A stretch of 63,146 nucleotides of DNA, the filler included, from Reticulomyxa filosa (Eukaryota; Protista; Foraminifera): assembly GCA_000512085.1 (NCBI GenBank). It is 13 parts of 13 records of this genome, joined end to end, with 100 filler letters (N's around TTAATTAATTAA, not from the genome) between each part and the next. Parts side by side here need not be neighbours in the genome. Positions count along the whole stretch, not along the records: positions 48,543 to 54,505 come from ASPP01020167.1; positions 54,606 to 56,467 come from ASPP01028392.1; positions 56,568 to 61,154 come from ASPP01020123.1; positions 61,255 to 63,146 come from ASPP01002291.1; 9 more parts are not named here. The stretch is one strand, 5' to 3'. The notes under the pieces were generated by a model. The model had not been told where the DNA came from, ran no database searches, and saw nothing but the letters and a program-made list of their open reading frames with translations. Positions 49,711 to 62,318 of the stretch are shown piece by piece (position 1 is the stretch's first letter; each line of letters opens with the position of its first letter). The translations under genes were made by a program, and so were the position numbers.

Positions 49711-51203
49711 ATGATAATGGAAGACAGTGATGTAAGTTGTAAACAACTCGATTCAAACAAGAGCTAAAAACCATTTATCAAAACAAAAAACACTGAAAAG
49801 GTAATAATTGATTTGGACAACCCAAATTACAAAGTGGCACCACTGCAAGTGAAAGACAGTATGAAAGAGGAGAAAAAAAACGACGAATTAGCAACAAAGA
49901 GACCACGACGATTTAGTGTAAGTGCAGAAGAGTCGAACGAGCATTCACAAAGGATTAAAGACGTGGTCCGTAAGATCTACACCAAAAAGCCAGAAGCCGT
50001 CGAGCGAATTCGAAATTCGGTCAGTGAATTGTTTATTTGGAAAGGTTTAAAAAAAAAAATTATACATGCATATACCATAAAAATAGTTTTTTTTTTTTCA
50101 TTGCCAAAAGTACAAAAAAAAACCCCCTTGTTTTTCATGTACACCCCGTTTTTTTTTTTTTTTTATTATGTTTGTTTGTAATTAGGATTAGACAAGGAGC
50201 AACAAAGCGCGTTAATCGACGCCATGTTTGAAAAGAAAGTGAGCAAAGGCGAAGAGGTGATAAAGCAAGGTGACAACGGCGACTACTTTTATGTGATCGA
50301 AAGTGGGACGTTTGAAGTGTGGAAGTCGTCCGACGTTAAGCGCGATACATCCGCGAAGAAAGTGTTCAGTTACGACGGGAAAGGTTCATTCGGCGAACTG
50401 GCCCTGCTCTACAACGCGCCGAGAGCAGCCACAGTGAGAGCCGCCACCGACGGCTTATTGTGGGTCGTGGACGGAGAGACATTTCGATACATTATGATTT
50501 CGTCCAGGGCAAAAAAGAGAACTCGCTTTGATGAGTTTCTAAAGACTATCGATTTATTTCGGAATATCAATGGTAGCATATATACATATACATACATATA
50601 TACATATATATATATGTATATACATATATATGGGTTGCAATGTGTTTTTGTTGGTACAAAGATGATGTGCGAAGCCAAATTGCAGATATCTTGGAAGTGT
50701 TTCAATTCGAAAAAGGGGATTATGTAATAACCCAAGGAGACGAAAATGCGGAACAGTTTTTCATAATCCAAAATGGCAGTGTCGAGGTAACGCTGAATAT
50801 TCCCAATTGGAACGAACTCGAAGATGCCAATGCTCAAGGATCTGACCACAAACACTTGTCACACGGTGACACTCACACTGCGCAAAATCGTGGCCGCGAA
50901 AATGGCAATATTTCCAAAAAGGAACGCGAAAAATATGTGAAAACCCTGCGGGAAGGGTGCTACTTTGGAGAAAGGGCTTTGCTCTTAAACTGTCCGCGAA
51001 GTGCCAATGTCGTTGTCTCGTCGCAAGTCTTGCGATGTGCTGCCATGGACAAGGCTTCTTTTCTTCGCTTTGTTGAAAAGTCCAGCGTTTATGACAAAAT
51101 TCGTCGAAGTCTGGCTCAGTACTCCTTCAGCGAAAAACTACACAGCGGCTTTGGTCATGATCCAACTGCCCCAGGAGATGACAGTGAAGATGAAATGAAA
51201 TGA
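49711..51203 (+). CDS. cAMP-dependent protein kinase regulatory subunit, spliced
   Basis: Inhibitor site RRFSVSAE; two cNMP-binding domains with GSFGELALLYNAPRAATV and YFGERALLLNCPRSANV. Confidence 0.93.
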
Positions 51204-51456
51204 TATGATTTTGATGATATATAAACAATTCCCACAATTTTAAAAATATAAAGTACAACAACCAAATCAAAGTGATTAACTGTAACAATTTTTTTTTTTT
51301 TTGTGCTGGTTTTTTTTCCTTTAGAAAAATGAGATGGTTGGTCTTATTATCACTTATTATTAAAAACCATTTACTCATACTTTCCCACACAGCCGATCAG
51401 GCCGGGAAAATAGTTGTTTGTGTTCAATTTATTTATCTAGGCTAAAAAATGTCTTT

Positions 51457-52330
51457 TTATTTCAAATGTAAATACAAGAAACAATAATTGATAGTGTTGG
51501 AGCATGTCAGTGTGTTCATTGTTTCCTCGTCTTGTATGTGTTCGAAGACAAGTGTCTGTTCCTTTCGGGGCCTGTTGTGTGGCGATTTGTTGTTGCAGCA
51601 ACAAAACTCTTTGTCCCAAATGCGATTGGAATCTTGCAAGCGTTTGATAATTTCGTTTTTTTCGAGATGGTCTATGAGCGATGAATGATCAGATGGTTGG
51701 GTAATCTCATGTTGTGAATGCACATTAGTGTTGGATGGCCAATCTCTAGATCATTGGAAAAAATTGATTTCGTTGATTTTTCTTTTTTTTTATCCTTCTA
51801 TCTTTGTCTTTATCAGTCTTATCTTTACTCAATTCTTGGACCTTCCAAGCGAAGAACCCACACTTTCGTTATCACTATCATTGTAATGAATTACTGCCAT
51901 TGTGGACTCACTTTTCTCTTCCAAGCCATGACTGGAATGGATCACAATACTGCTTTCCATCGGCTGACCCCAACTATCCAAACTCTGCAACGACGGCGCA
52001 GATGCATGTAAGATGGGTTGCTGCATGTAGATTGGATGACAGGACGCCTGGAATGTGTGAACTTTCTTTTGCAATTCATTTCGTTCATTGATCAAAATCG
52101 TGTACCTTTCTTCCCATTGCCCTCAATTTCTTTCAATTTCGCTTTCTGCCCGCTCATGGCCTGCTTGCACATTTGCAACTCAAGTTTGGAGTCAATCTTC
52201 ACTTGAATATATTTCGTGTTCATCGTCGCCAAGGCTTCGCGCAAACATTCAATTGTCTCCGTGCTACTTTCCACTTTTTCCTTTTTTATAGGGCTCTCCG
52301 ATTAATGGCAGGGACATGCTCACCTATGTT
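51457..52330 (-). CDS. Hypothetical coiled-coil protein, possibly frameshifted or pseudogene
   Basis: Three consecutive minus-strand coding-like ORFs with a frame change near 52095-52120. Confidence 0.35.
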
Positions 52331-52842
52331 TCTTTTTTCCTTTCGTTGAATGAAATTATTGGAAGTAAATTTTCTTATTTCAGGGGGTACTTTTCATGAC
52401 ATGGCCAACAAACACTAGTGTTTTTGACCTGAGGAACTAATTTGCCATTTTCATACAGCTTTATCCAATAAAAATACTAAATCTTATTAGATAAACGAAT
52501 AAAGGTAGTTTTGGAGACTTAACTTTGGAATCCACAAACCCGATTGATCGCAAACGTAGACTTGACGGCCAGCAACATATGTTGCATTGGCGGATCACGG
52601 AAAGTATTTGAAGGTCCCGGATTTTGACCGAACAAGTTGATTGGTTGAGAAAATGTTTGCTAAAATATGTACACCACTCGTGTTTTGATGTCAAACTCCG
52701 TTTACTCTTTTTTTAAAAAAGGGTACGAACATTGTATTTTTTGTAATTGTAGCGAATTTTTTTTAAAAAAAATTTGAAAGTATATCTGTATTTGAAGATG
52801 TCTTACACTAACTTCGAATATCATGTTCGAAAGGGACAGTAG

Positions 52843-54412
52843 TGCGAATATGAACAAGAAACGAAAGACTACGAAAAAGAAGACAACACTTGTGACGAAA
52901 TGGAAGATGAAGTGGACGATTATATACAAACATATAAATCTCCAGAAGTGATTCAACGAAATAGTAGATGAATATGACGAAGAAAGAATGAACGCAGCGG
53001 TACATACACGGATGAGTAATTCCAACAAGGTCCCGTGCTGTCAAATGCGAATGAAAGTAACGATGGTAGTGAACGAATGACACAATCGATAGCAACAATT
53101 GAGCTGTCCAGTGCAAACAAAAGTGTTTTATGTGACCGCACATTTGACGTGCAGCTGTATTTGCGTGATGCAAAGCATCGATGGACTTTGAACAAAGAAC
53201 AAGCACAAATTTGCATTTTCTGTGTTTCTCATAATATCGAAATTTTTGTTAGTGTTTATTGCAATAGTAGATCTGTAAAACACAGACGAATGGATTGTCC
53301 AGTTTCAAAAGCAATCAAGAAGTATGTTTTTTTTCACGCACACATATAAATAAAAACTCAATTTTTTAAAAATATTTAGCAATACATATATTTTTTTTTA
53401 AAGTTTAAAAAAAATTATTTTTTTGACTGGCACAGTTTATTTTTTTACCTTTTGTACTGTTACGTATACTTCCACGGATAATCATCTTCTCAAAAAAAAA
53501 AACAATGGCATTAAAAATAAAAATAAATTTGTTGAACCTTAGGACGAACTAGTAATGTACAGCTCATTCACACGAATACCAAAGAGGATGAAGGTCGTTC
53601 GATAGATTGAGATTGTGATGAGACAATTTGTAAAGGATATATTTACCAATTCCCCGACGTTAATGACTTTCCAATGCAAATGACCTTACATTGTCGTATG
53701 TAACCAAGTGTAGCACTAACAACTCACTGTTTAATGTAGTGAATTACCAGGACAATAATTATTGCAACGTTGTCAAAATTGGGCTAAAGTTTACTTGCGA
53801 CAGCGGATTGCACAAATGTTTGGAATGGTTCCAAAACATCCCGTTTCCGTATTAAATACGACACAATATGTGATCCATAAACTATATCAACTTTAGTTAC
53901 CCTTTGGCATGATCCACACATGATGCAAACCTATGTCCCGATCCAGCATACTGTCTTGTTGGATCAAGTATTTGCCCGTGGGATTGACAAGAAATATTTC
54001 GATTCTGGCAAAATCACAATTCACAGTCCAAACGTTCAAAAGCTTACCTTTGTGAACTTCACATCCTTCTGCAGCACATGCTGTATATGGTGTCTTCACG
54101 GCATCCAAGTCGTCGAGCCAATCTTCAATGCTCAAGAGATCTGTGCCGACAATGCTATAACGATGCAAGGGATGTTGGATCGTAAGCAACAATCAGTACA
54201 CAATCACACAGATAAATATATACACAAAAAAATTTTTCTTTTTTTTAGTGTATTAACATCACAAGTCCACGTTGCAACACCATGTCATAAGTTGCCACAA
54301 CAGTAAGAAGCTAATGCAAATCACACATTCGGTTTGACAGGGCAACAGAGTAGTTTACATTGACTCCAAAGAGGAACTGTTTAGATCAGCGATTGTGGAT
54401 GCATTCAGCTAA
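52843..54412 (+). pseudogene. Disrupted gene with EVH1/RanBD-like PH-fold segment
   Basis: Acidic N-terminus with frameshifts; VQLYLRD..RW, GRSID*DC, KIGLKF...KCLEWF; internal TGA codons. Confidence 0.35.
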
Positions 54413-54505
54413 GTGTTAAACTCAAATGCGGATTCTTCTTCTTGATTTTTAAAAATTTCGAAGGAGTTCATATAAATGAACCTGTATTAAAAATAAAAAA
54501 ATTTT

Positions 54506-54605
54506 NNNNNNNNNNNNNNNNNNNNNNNNNNNNNNNNNNNNNNNNNNNNTTAATTAATTAANNNNNNNNNNNNNNNNNNNNNNNNNNNNNNNNNNNNNNN
54601 NNNNN
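54506..54605. other. Artificial contig linker
   Basis: N44-TTAATTAATTAA-N44. Confidence 0.99.
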
Positions 54606-54862
54606 CACCATTTGTAATAAAGAACAATATTGGTAATTCAAATGTGATAAGTTCCGGATCAAGTGATAAAACAATTCGTTTTTGGGATATTCGTTCAAAT
54701 AAGAGTGAATTGCATGTGATGAAAGTAGGTGAAGGAGTATTATGTCTTAAATTTATGGAATTAAAAAGAAAAATAAATAACAATGAACAAAAATCAAATG
54801 TTAATATTTGTATTAACTTATGTCATGGTTTAGCTAATGGCTCAATTTATGTTTGTGGATGA
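54606..54862 (+). CDS. 3' end of WD40 family protein
   Basis: SSGSSDKTIRFWDIRSNK...LCHGLANGSIYVCG, paralogous to 8780-9240. Confidence 0.85.
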
Positions 54863-55245
54863 ACATATATGAATGATGTTTTTTGATTTATCCCTTTTTT
54901 TTTAAATGAAAAGACATTGACAACTTTTTTACTTTTATTCCTTAAAAAATTTAATACGTACTTCAAAAAAAATTAGTTAAAATTAATTTTAAATTAGTAA
55001 CGTATTTTCGAAATATTATGCATCAAGTGTAGATTTTGAGAAAATATTTATGTCATCAAATGGAAAATGGAAAAATATGAAAATATATTCGATTATGAAC
55101 ATCAAACAATAATATACATTAGTAATTAAGTAGGAAAAATCATAAATATTATTTGTTTGATTAAAAAAAAAAATGGATAAATTTCATAATTATGAATAAA
55201 ATCAAAAACATATTTAAAGATAGCATGGGTTCATTATAATGTATT

Positions 55246-56449
55246 TCATCTAATGTATTTCGTGATAATTTTATCAAACTCATCAATCCATCCTAATTTT
55301 ATCTTTAAAATTCGAACCCAATGTTGAATAGTAAATTTTATTTCTTTTTTTGACTGTTCAAAATTTATTATTTGTGCAATATAATTTATTTATGTCTAAT
55401 CAAAATAAACAAACAAATAAATAAATCATTACCAACAGTGAAGAATCCCATACACGCATTTTAGTCTTAATGTGAGTTGATACTGTTGCAAATTTATTAT
55501 TTTGTCCTCCAATAATATGTATATGATTATCTTCTTCACTCAATATTGCAGTACAATTAAATAATCGAGTGGGTAAAGTGTTTTCAAATGTCATCCATTT
55601 TGTTTTCTCGAATTGAATACTTGTGCACTAATTTTGAAGCAGTATTTTATAAATATTCCATCCACCAAATAACAAGATGATATCATTGATACACACATAT
55701 GCATATTCACAGAATAGTGCAATATCATCACAAACAGGTAATTGATGAAATTGAAAATTATTTTTATCTTCATCATATTCAATTGATAATCCTATATTTT
55801 TATGAAACAACAGCATTTGATAATTTTGTTTATTCGTTTTTATCATTTCTTGTCCTTGTCCATTTTCTGCATTTGATACAAAGCAATAATAATATATTTC
55901 ATTTTCAATTGGTAGAATATCATGTTTAATGAATTGAAATGTATTTAAATCAAACACACTAATATATTTATCTCTACAAGTGATAAATAGCAAATTATTG
56001 TTGACTCCACCAATCACTGCACGCGCTCCTCGATAGTCTTCATAACCTCTATCGATCATAATTGGATTACCATAATTGTCTGTGAATCGAGTCCATTTAT
56101 TGTAATTGTTTAATTCATTTGATTTGTTTGATTTCTTACTCCAAACACTTACATATTTCATTATCAATGTATGTCTTTTAAAATATGGAGCTCCACCAAA
56201 AGATAATAAAATGACTTGATTTTTGTCTTTTTTGTTATCTACCAATTTCACTACACAGTGTCCATCTAATTGAATATGACTTATATACTGACAAATAAAC
56301 TTGTATTCGTTTTTGAGTATATGATAAGAATAACAAGCTCTTTGTTTGTAACCTCCACAAATGAGGAGTTCGTGTTTGTGTAGCACACATTGAGCATGCT
56401 GAAATGGAATGGGCAAATTTTTCAAACGTTGAAAAGTTTGGTTGCTCAT
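55246..56449 (-). CDS. Kelch-like beta-propeller protein with C-terminal QHWVR..GWIDEFDK module; frameshift near 55640 (possible pseudogene)
   Basis: LLICGG, LLSFGG, LLFGGW and IHIIGG blades; last exon 55246-55353 = SKKEIKFTIQHWVRILKIKLGWIDEFDKIITKYIR*. Confidence 0.85.
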
Positions 56450-56467
56450 ATTGTTAATGTTGAGGAA

Positions 56468-56567
56468 NNNNNNNNNNNNNNNNNNNNNNNNNNNNNNNNN
56501 NNNNNNNNNNNTTAATTAATTAANNNNNNNNNNNNNNNNNNNNNNNNNNNNNNNNNNNNNNNNNNNN
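56468..56567. other. Artificial contig linker
   Basis: N44-TTAATTAATTAA-N44. Confidence 0.99.
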
Positions 56568-57149
56568 CGGTTTTTTTTTTTTTTTTTTTTATTCTATTGT
56601 TGGAAGGACAGAAAGAACGAGTGTTTCTACTCCTTCTCAAAAATGTATATAGTTTTTTTTTTGGTGAACGCATGGAGAAACGTATTACAAGCTGCATGAT
56701 GGAGCGGTAGAGTGCAATCAAAGTCCATGGTCTTGTCCACTCTGGCGCCGTTGTCGCACAAAATTTCGGCCACGTTCTTGTATCCTTTTTGTGCACATAA
56801 AAAGATTGGCGTGACTTCGCCCAACGCTAAACGAAATTGAAGGTTAGCGTCTGCGCCCATTTCTAATGCTGTCTTTACCTCCTCTGCATCACCTCGACGG
56901 CAGCCGTCACACAGTCTCTCAACCATTTAGAAGAGAGAAAGAGGGCAGTTTAGAGGGAGAAAGAATATCGATAAAAAAAAACAGTCAAAAATACAAAATC
57001 TATTGATAAGACCAACTGGATATGTGGAAATTAGAGTGCTTTTTTCGTTAATATTACCTTTTGTCAGCGTCACTCAGTGTAATGCTTGAACCAGTACCCC
57101 AACTGGTTGTGGTCCATCCTTTTAAAATCGATTCCATATTATTCGCCAT
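56568..57149 (-). CDS. Ankyrin repeat protein, 5' part
   Basis: GDAEEVKTALEMGADAN, TPIFLCAQKGYKNVAEILCDNGARVD, PLHHAAC. Confidence 0.88.
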
Positions 57150-57619
57150 CGTGTCTTTTTGGTTGTGTAAAATGAGCAGTAATGAGAAGCTACCTTTTCT
57201 TATTGTCTCTCTGCCTGATACACACAAAAATAAAGTGATTTACCTTTGTTGAATTAAGTAACTAGTAATTTTTTTTTGGAATCAAGAAATAGAGTATGAA
57301 ATATAGAGAGTTTTTTCTCTGAAACCAAGCAACGTCGAAGCACACTTACACATTAAAAAAATCTTGATCGGACTGAAAGTGTTCATATGACCATTTGCAC
57401 TAATGAAAAGCCTTTTGGCACCAAATATTTCAAAAAAGTGAGGAATATTTGCATTGCTTTTCTGAAAACATTTTTGGTGATGCCTCTAATCACTCTTTCT
57501 CTTTATTTTAAAAGTTTATGTTGCATACGATGTTTCAATATTTCTTTTTTACGGTAGAAATACAAAAAAACTTTATTTATTGCAAAAACGAATGTATTTC
57601 TGAAATATTGATTCTTAAA

Positions 57620-59685
57620 TCATTCAAAAAGTTTTTGATGAATTTTTTGTTTGTCTTCGTTTAGGTGGTAACTAATGTATTCAACCAACGAGTGGTTATC
57701 AATAAAGAGCTTTCCAATGTTGTTTTCCTCATACCTATATTGCAGTGGAGGATCAAAAAATTTCTTATTTTTTAGTGCCTTTGGGAGTTCCACGTGCAAG
57801 GGATGTCTATTTCCCTCTCGATTTACTCCTTTCCCGACAATAATAGACAAATTATTCTTAATATTGGGTTTGATATCGAGTTTAAGTGCATCACAAAGTT
57901 GTCTCAAGTTGTGCATAACAGCAATGATCGAAATAATTAGATCATAGTGATGCACGTCCATACAGAACAGATCACTGCGTTCTCTTTCTAGATATGGCAG
58001 CAAGCCCATCTCGAATCCAGCATCGAATACACTCAAAGCATCATCGATACGATCTTGCACAAAAAGTGCACGTATTGCAATTACATAGCAAGGTTTATTA
58101 TATGTTTCGCTGCAGCTGCGTACCTCCTCTAACACAATCAATCAATCCATTCATTCATCCATCAACAAACGATTATCTCATCAAAAAAAAAAAAAAGCTG
58201 AATAAATGATAAGAGCAATAATCTCACGTACCAAAAAACTCCAATACAGTCGCGCAATCTCTGGCCATCAAACATGCGTTCATAACCGCAGAGCGACAAA
58301 TCAAATCAATATCGGCAACATTATAAATTAATTCTCTGACATTGAAATAAAACAGAGCACGATCTGCAAAACCACATTGAGCCGCACAGCTAATTAAAAA
58401 GGAAAAAGTGAATGGATTTGGAACCAGATAACGAGGAGACAAAAAATCATCTCCAAAAGTTTGATTTTGAAAGTAGTTTTGAATGTATGTTTGTTGTGCT
58501 TGTGTCAGCGAGAGCATTTGATCTGGCGATTGAGAAGAGCATGCTGCGAACAATTTGTGTCCGCAGTGTCGTAAAAATACTTTCTCAGCATCATAAAAAC
58601 ACGTTGGACTGGAACTCAATTTGTAGCCTTTCAATATGCTATTGATTGTGATAATATCCATGTCAAAAGGGAATTCATGACTTCTTTGCAACCACCCCAT
58701 ATACAATTGTTCAATTTCGATAATGCGTTGATTCAATGCATAGGCAGTGATAACCGAATTCAGAGTCGACAGTGTGGGTCCCAATTTGTGATGTCCTGTC
58801 ATTAATTCAAGCAAAGGGGCAATTTGGTTCCACCATTTCAATTTCCCAAATGTTTTGATCAATATGTTATACAGCATCTGATTGGGAGTGATTGCCATAT
58901 TATTCACTGCGGAAGGGAATTGATACAGCTTCCGAGCATTGTCTCTATTTCAGTATTTTCATATCTGTGATAATGTGAACATGCAGTTTTTTGATTTGAT
59001 TTCGTTTCCAAGAATTCAATACAAATGTCTGCAAAGCACCAATGCTTGCACAAAGTCAATATGTCATGATAACGCTTATCATGATACAACACATCCAACA
59101 ATGAACAAAATACCACAATGTTGGGCTGCAATTTTGTAATTTCAATCATTTCCAAAAACAACTTCAGACACATATAACTCATTTTCTTTTTATGAATATT
59201 CATTATTTTTTTCAACACTTCATTGTACATGAACACATCAGGCGCATTGCCGTCGGTTGCACACTGACGCAATTGTGCAATCGCTTGCTCGGGTTCCATT
59301 GCTCTTTTTATTGCTTTGATGTTATTAGAATTATTTTTTTTTTTCAATGACAATAGTTAGTTTGTTTTTTGTCACTGATTTTTACTTCATACCTCACACC
59401 TGCCATGTAAGGTGCTAGTTGATACTTTCGCTGCGTGTCACCTGCTTCTCTGGTTTTTTGGAGGTTCTCTCTTCTTCCATAGCTGTCATTCTTTCTCTTG
59501 AGGTCTGAAATCCTTTTGTTTCTTTCACGGTCATGGATCTCGTGTTCGTTCACAAACTTCGCTTGTGCGGTTCCTTGGTATTCCTGTACGATACAGCGCA
59601 TTTGTAGCCGACAGGAGAAATTTGAAAACAAAGGACGTGCTAAATTACGAAATAGTAGAGCAGGAATATAGTTTTTGGACATCAT
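57620..59685 (-). CDS. PPR protein with C-terminal Smr-like domain, probable mitochondrial presequence, spliced
   Basis: PPR motifs PDVFMYN, PNIVVF, PNQMLYNILI, PTLSTLNSVI, DIITINSIL, PNPFTFSFLI. Smr: MDVHH, IIVGKG, PPL...NIGKL. R/L/S-rich N-terminus. Confidence 0.85.
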
Positions 59686-60225
59686 CCTTAAATATCCTCA
59701 ATTGTTGCTTCTTAAAAAAAAAGGTTTTTATTGACGCGAACCCTTGTTTGAAAAAGACGAACTGTTCTCTCTTAAGTTTTTGTGTAGTGAAAAATTTTTC
59801 ATAGTTTTTAAGCGAATATCTTTCAAAATATGTTGATTGTAGCTACATATTAAAATAGCAGAAGCTGTTAAAGAAAAAAAGTCAAATATGACGGACATAA
59901 ATGAACAAATGAGCTAAAAAAGGTTACTGGACCTGACACGGTGGAGTTAATAATTTAAAGGCTTTGACTTGCACTGTGTTGTCTTTATTCAAATTGGCCT
60001 GCCTCTATTAAAATACCACATGTTGTCAAGCATGCAAAAATTGCCAGATTATTTAGTCAACAATATTTATTCAGCAACAGAATATTTAGAGATTTTCGTC
60101 ACTGGCTGAACGATGCACCAGTTCATTTGTAAACTTAATCAAGTTTTTTTACTCGTATTAGAAAATGTCAAGCTTAAAAAATTTTATTTTTTTTTAGAGA
60201 CAATTTTGTTGTAAAAAAAACAACA

Positions 60226-61154
60226 TTACCGAAAATTATATTTTCGATTAATAACAGAAGGTCCAGTTTCATCATAATTACTTTTCGGTATCCACATTTC
60301 TTGGAAATCACTCAAACAACTCAAAATACTTCCTCCAATCCAAGCTGAATATCTGCGCTCTGGTGAGGATACAATTTTGATTTTTGTGCCATTTGGCAAC
60401 AAAGCCTCTAATTTTTTTTTCATTCGTTCTGCAATACCTCCAAACATAGTATTTCCTCCAGCAAATACAAGATTATTATATAAATCTTTTTGAATATCTT
60501 CATTACATTTAAGAATAGATGTACGAACCATTTTGTGGATGCCATCTTGTTCCAGTCCGAGTAGACTTGGAGTAAATAACGGTTCTGGACATTTAAATTG
60601 TTCTTGATCAATTCGGATCACCATTCCATCAGGAAGTTCATAAGATCTTTGTTCAATTTTATTTTTTTTAATCTTCAGGGCATCTTCGTAATTGAGTGTA
60701 ACAAATGTCAACCGTTCTTTAATATCTCTGACAATCTCCTTTTCTGCAACTGTGGTAAAAGTATAACCTTGTTCGGACAATAGTTTTATCATATAATCAG
60801 TTAACTGCTCACCGCCTATATCCAACTGTGACAAAGCGGAATTCACAAAACTCCCATTCTGAATTGGTACACCCAAAGTAATTCCATGCCCACTCTGAAT
60901 TACCATACCTGTGTGACTTCCTGTTGCAAACAGTGATAACACAGCTGCAGGTGCAATATAAAAAGAAGGAACGTTAAATGTTTCGTACATAATTTGCGCT
61001 GTTTTTTCGCGATGTGTCTCGGTATTGAAAGGATTGTCAGTCATCAACACAGGGACCTCTTCTGGATCAACACGAAGTTCACTTTTTTGTATTTTTTCGT
61101 GTTTGTTAAGCACACTCACACATATACGATAACATACATCTGTGGTATGTGTCA
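60226..61154 (-). CDS. Divergent actin / actin-related protein, 5'-truncated
   Basis: ELRVDPEE.PVL.T, ETFNVP, EIVRDIKE, YELPDG, PERRYSAWIGGSIL; colinear with actin from about residue 93. Confidence 0.95.
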
Positions 61155-61254
61155 NNNNNNNNNNNNNNNNNNNNNNNNNNNNNNNNNNNNNNNNNNNNTT
61201 AATTAATTAANNNNNNNNNNNNNNNNNNNNNNNNNNNNNNNNNNNNNNNNNNNN
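61155..61254. other. Artificial contig linker
   Basis: N44-TTAATTAATTAA-N44. Confidence 0.99.
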
Positions 61255-61699
61255 TTACAAAGAAATCGCAATATGTTTATTTTACCAGACGATGGAAAAA
61301 ATAAAAACAAAAAAGTACACTCTAAGAGAAATATTTGGCTGACACATTTTGCTAAAAAATTATTAATGATGATTATTTATTTGAAATTGTTCTTATGTTG
61401 TTTGCCATATTCTGTTGAACAAACTTTTCAAAGAGATAACAAATTTAATTTTCACATTTGTAGATGTAATTATCACAAACACGAATTAGACCTTTATTTG
61501 AACACAATATAAATTAACAACACAATCACCATTTAATTATTATCCATTTTTGTGTATATATTTCAAAATGCCTTTGTTGAACTTGTAATATCAAAACTCT
61601 TTTTTTTGACTGAAACCCCAGTTCAATCATTCACATGCTTTTTTGAAAAAATTATGCTTAAATGTTTGTTTTCATGGAGAAAATGGACTACATCAATAA

Positions 61700-62318
61700 T
61701 GTGACATTTTAGACTGTCAAAAAAAAATTGCTTTTTAAATTTCAAAGTCCCCAGGTTCCTATTGTCCTGTTAAAAAACCTACTACAAGCATTTTTCCATT
61801 AGGTGAAATATCCAAGCATTTTGCAGAAAAATTAGATCCTTCTAATTTTTTGATTTCATTTCCTGTGTTTACATCTCATAAACATATTGTTTTGCACTTG
61901 AACATGACACAATAGTTTGTCCATCTGGAAAATATTTTACATCACCTGAATGTCCAGTCAATATGTTTATCTCTTTTCCTGATATTATATCCCATATTCG
62001 AACTGTTTTATCAGATGATCCAGAACAAATGAATTCACAATCATCAAATTTTGAATAATCAATACTCCACACAGCCTCTGTATGTCCAGTGAATGTGTTG
62101 AGTAATTTAGATGATGAACAAAATGTATCAAACATGAAGACAGTAGACATCTATGTTAAGTAATATTGGAATGTTTTGATTGTTATTTTAAAAAAAAGAA
62201 GAACAAATGAACTAACATAATTGACGACAAGTTTGTCAAACTCATTAATCCATCCTAATTTGATTTTCAATATTCGAATCCAATGTCGTACGATTACTTG
62301 AATCTTTTCTTCTTCGGA
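61700..62318 (-). pseudogene. WD40 family gene with N-terminal RHWIR..GWINEFDK module, disrupted
   Basis: Exon 62217-62318 = SEEEKIQVIVRHWIRILKIKLGWINEFDKLVVNY, then WD40 repeats with a deletion (GHSGDVKYFPDG) and a frameshift (SSAKQYVYEM*). Confidence 0.8.

Noticed and set aside
53540-54412. TGA recoding as Trp or Sec
   Set aside because: TGA is the normal stop of intact genes here (for example PKA-R and the Elongin-B-like gene), and the affected loci also have frameshifts or TAG/TAA stops
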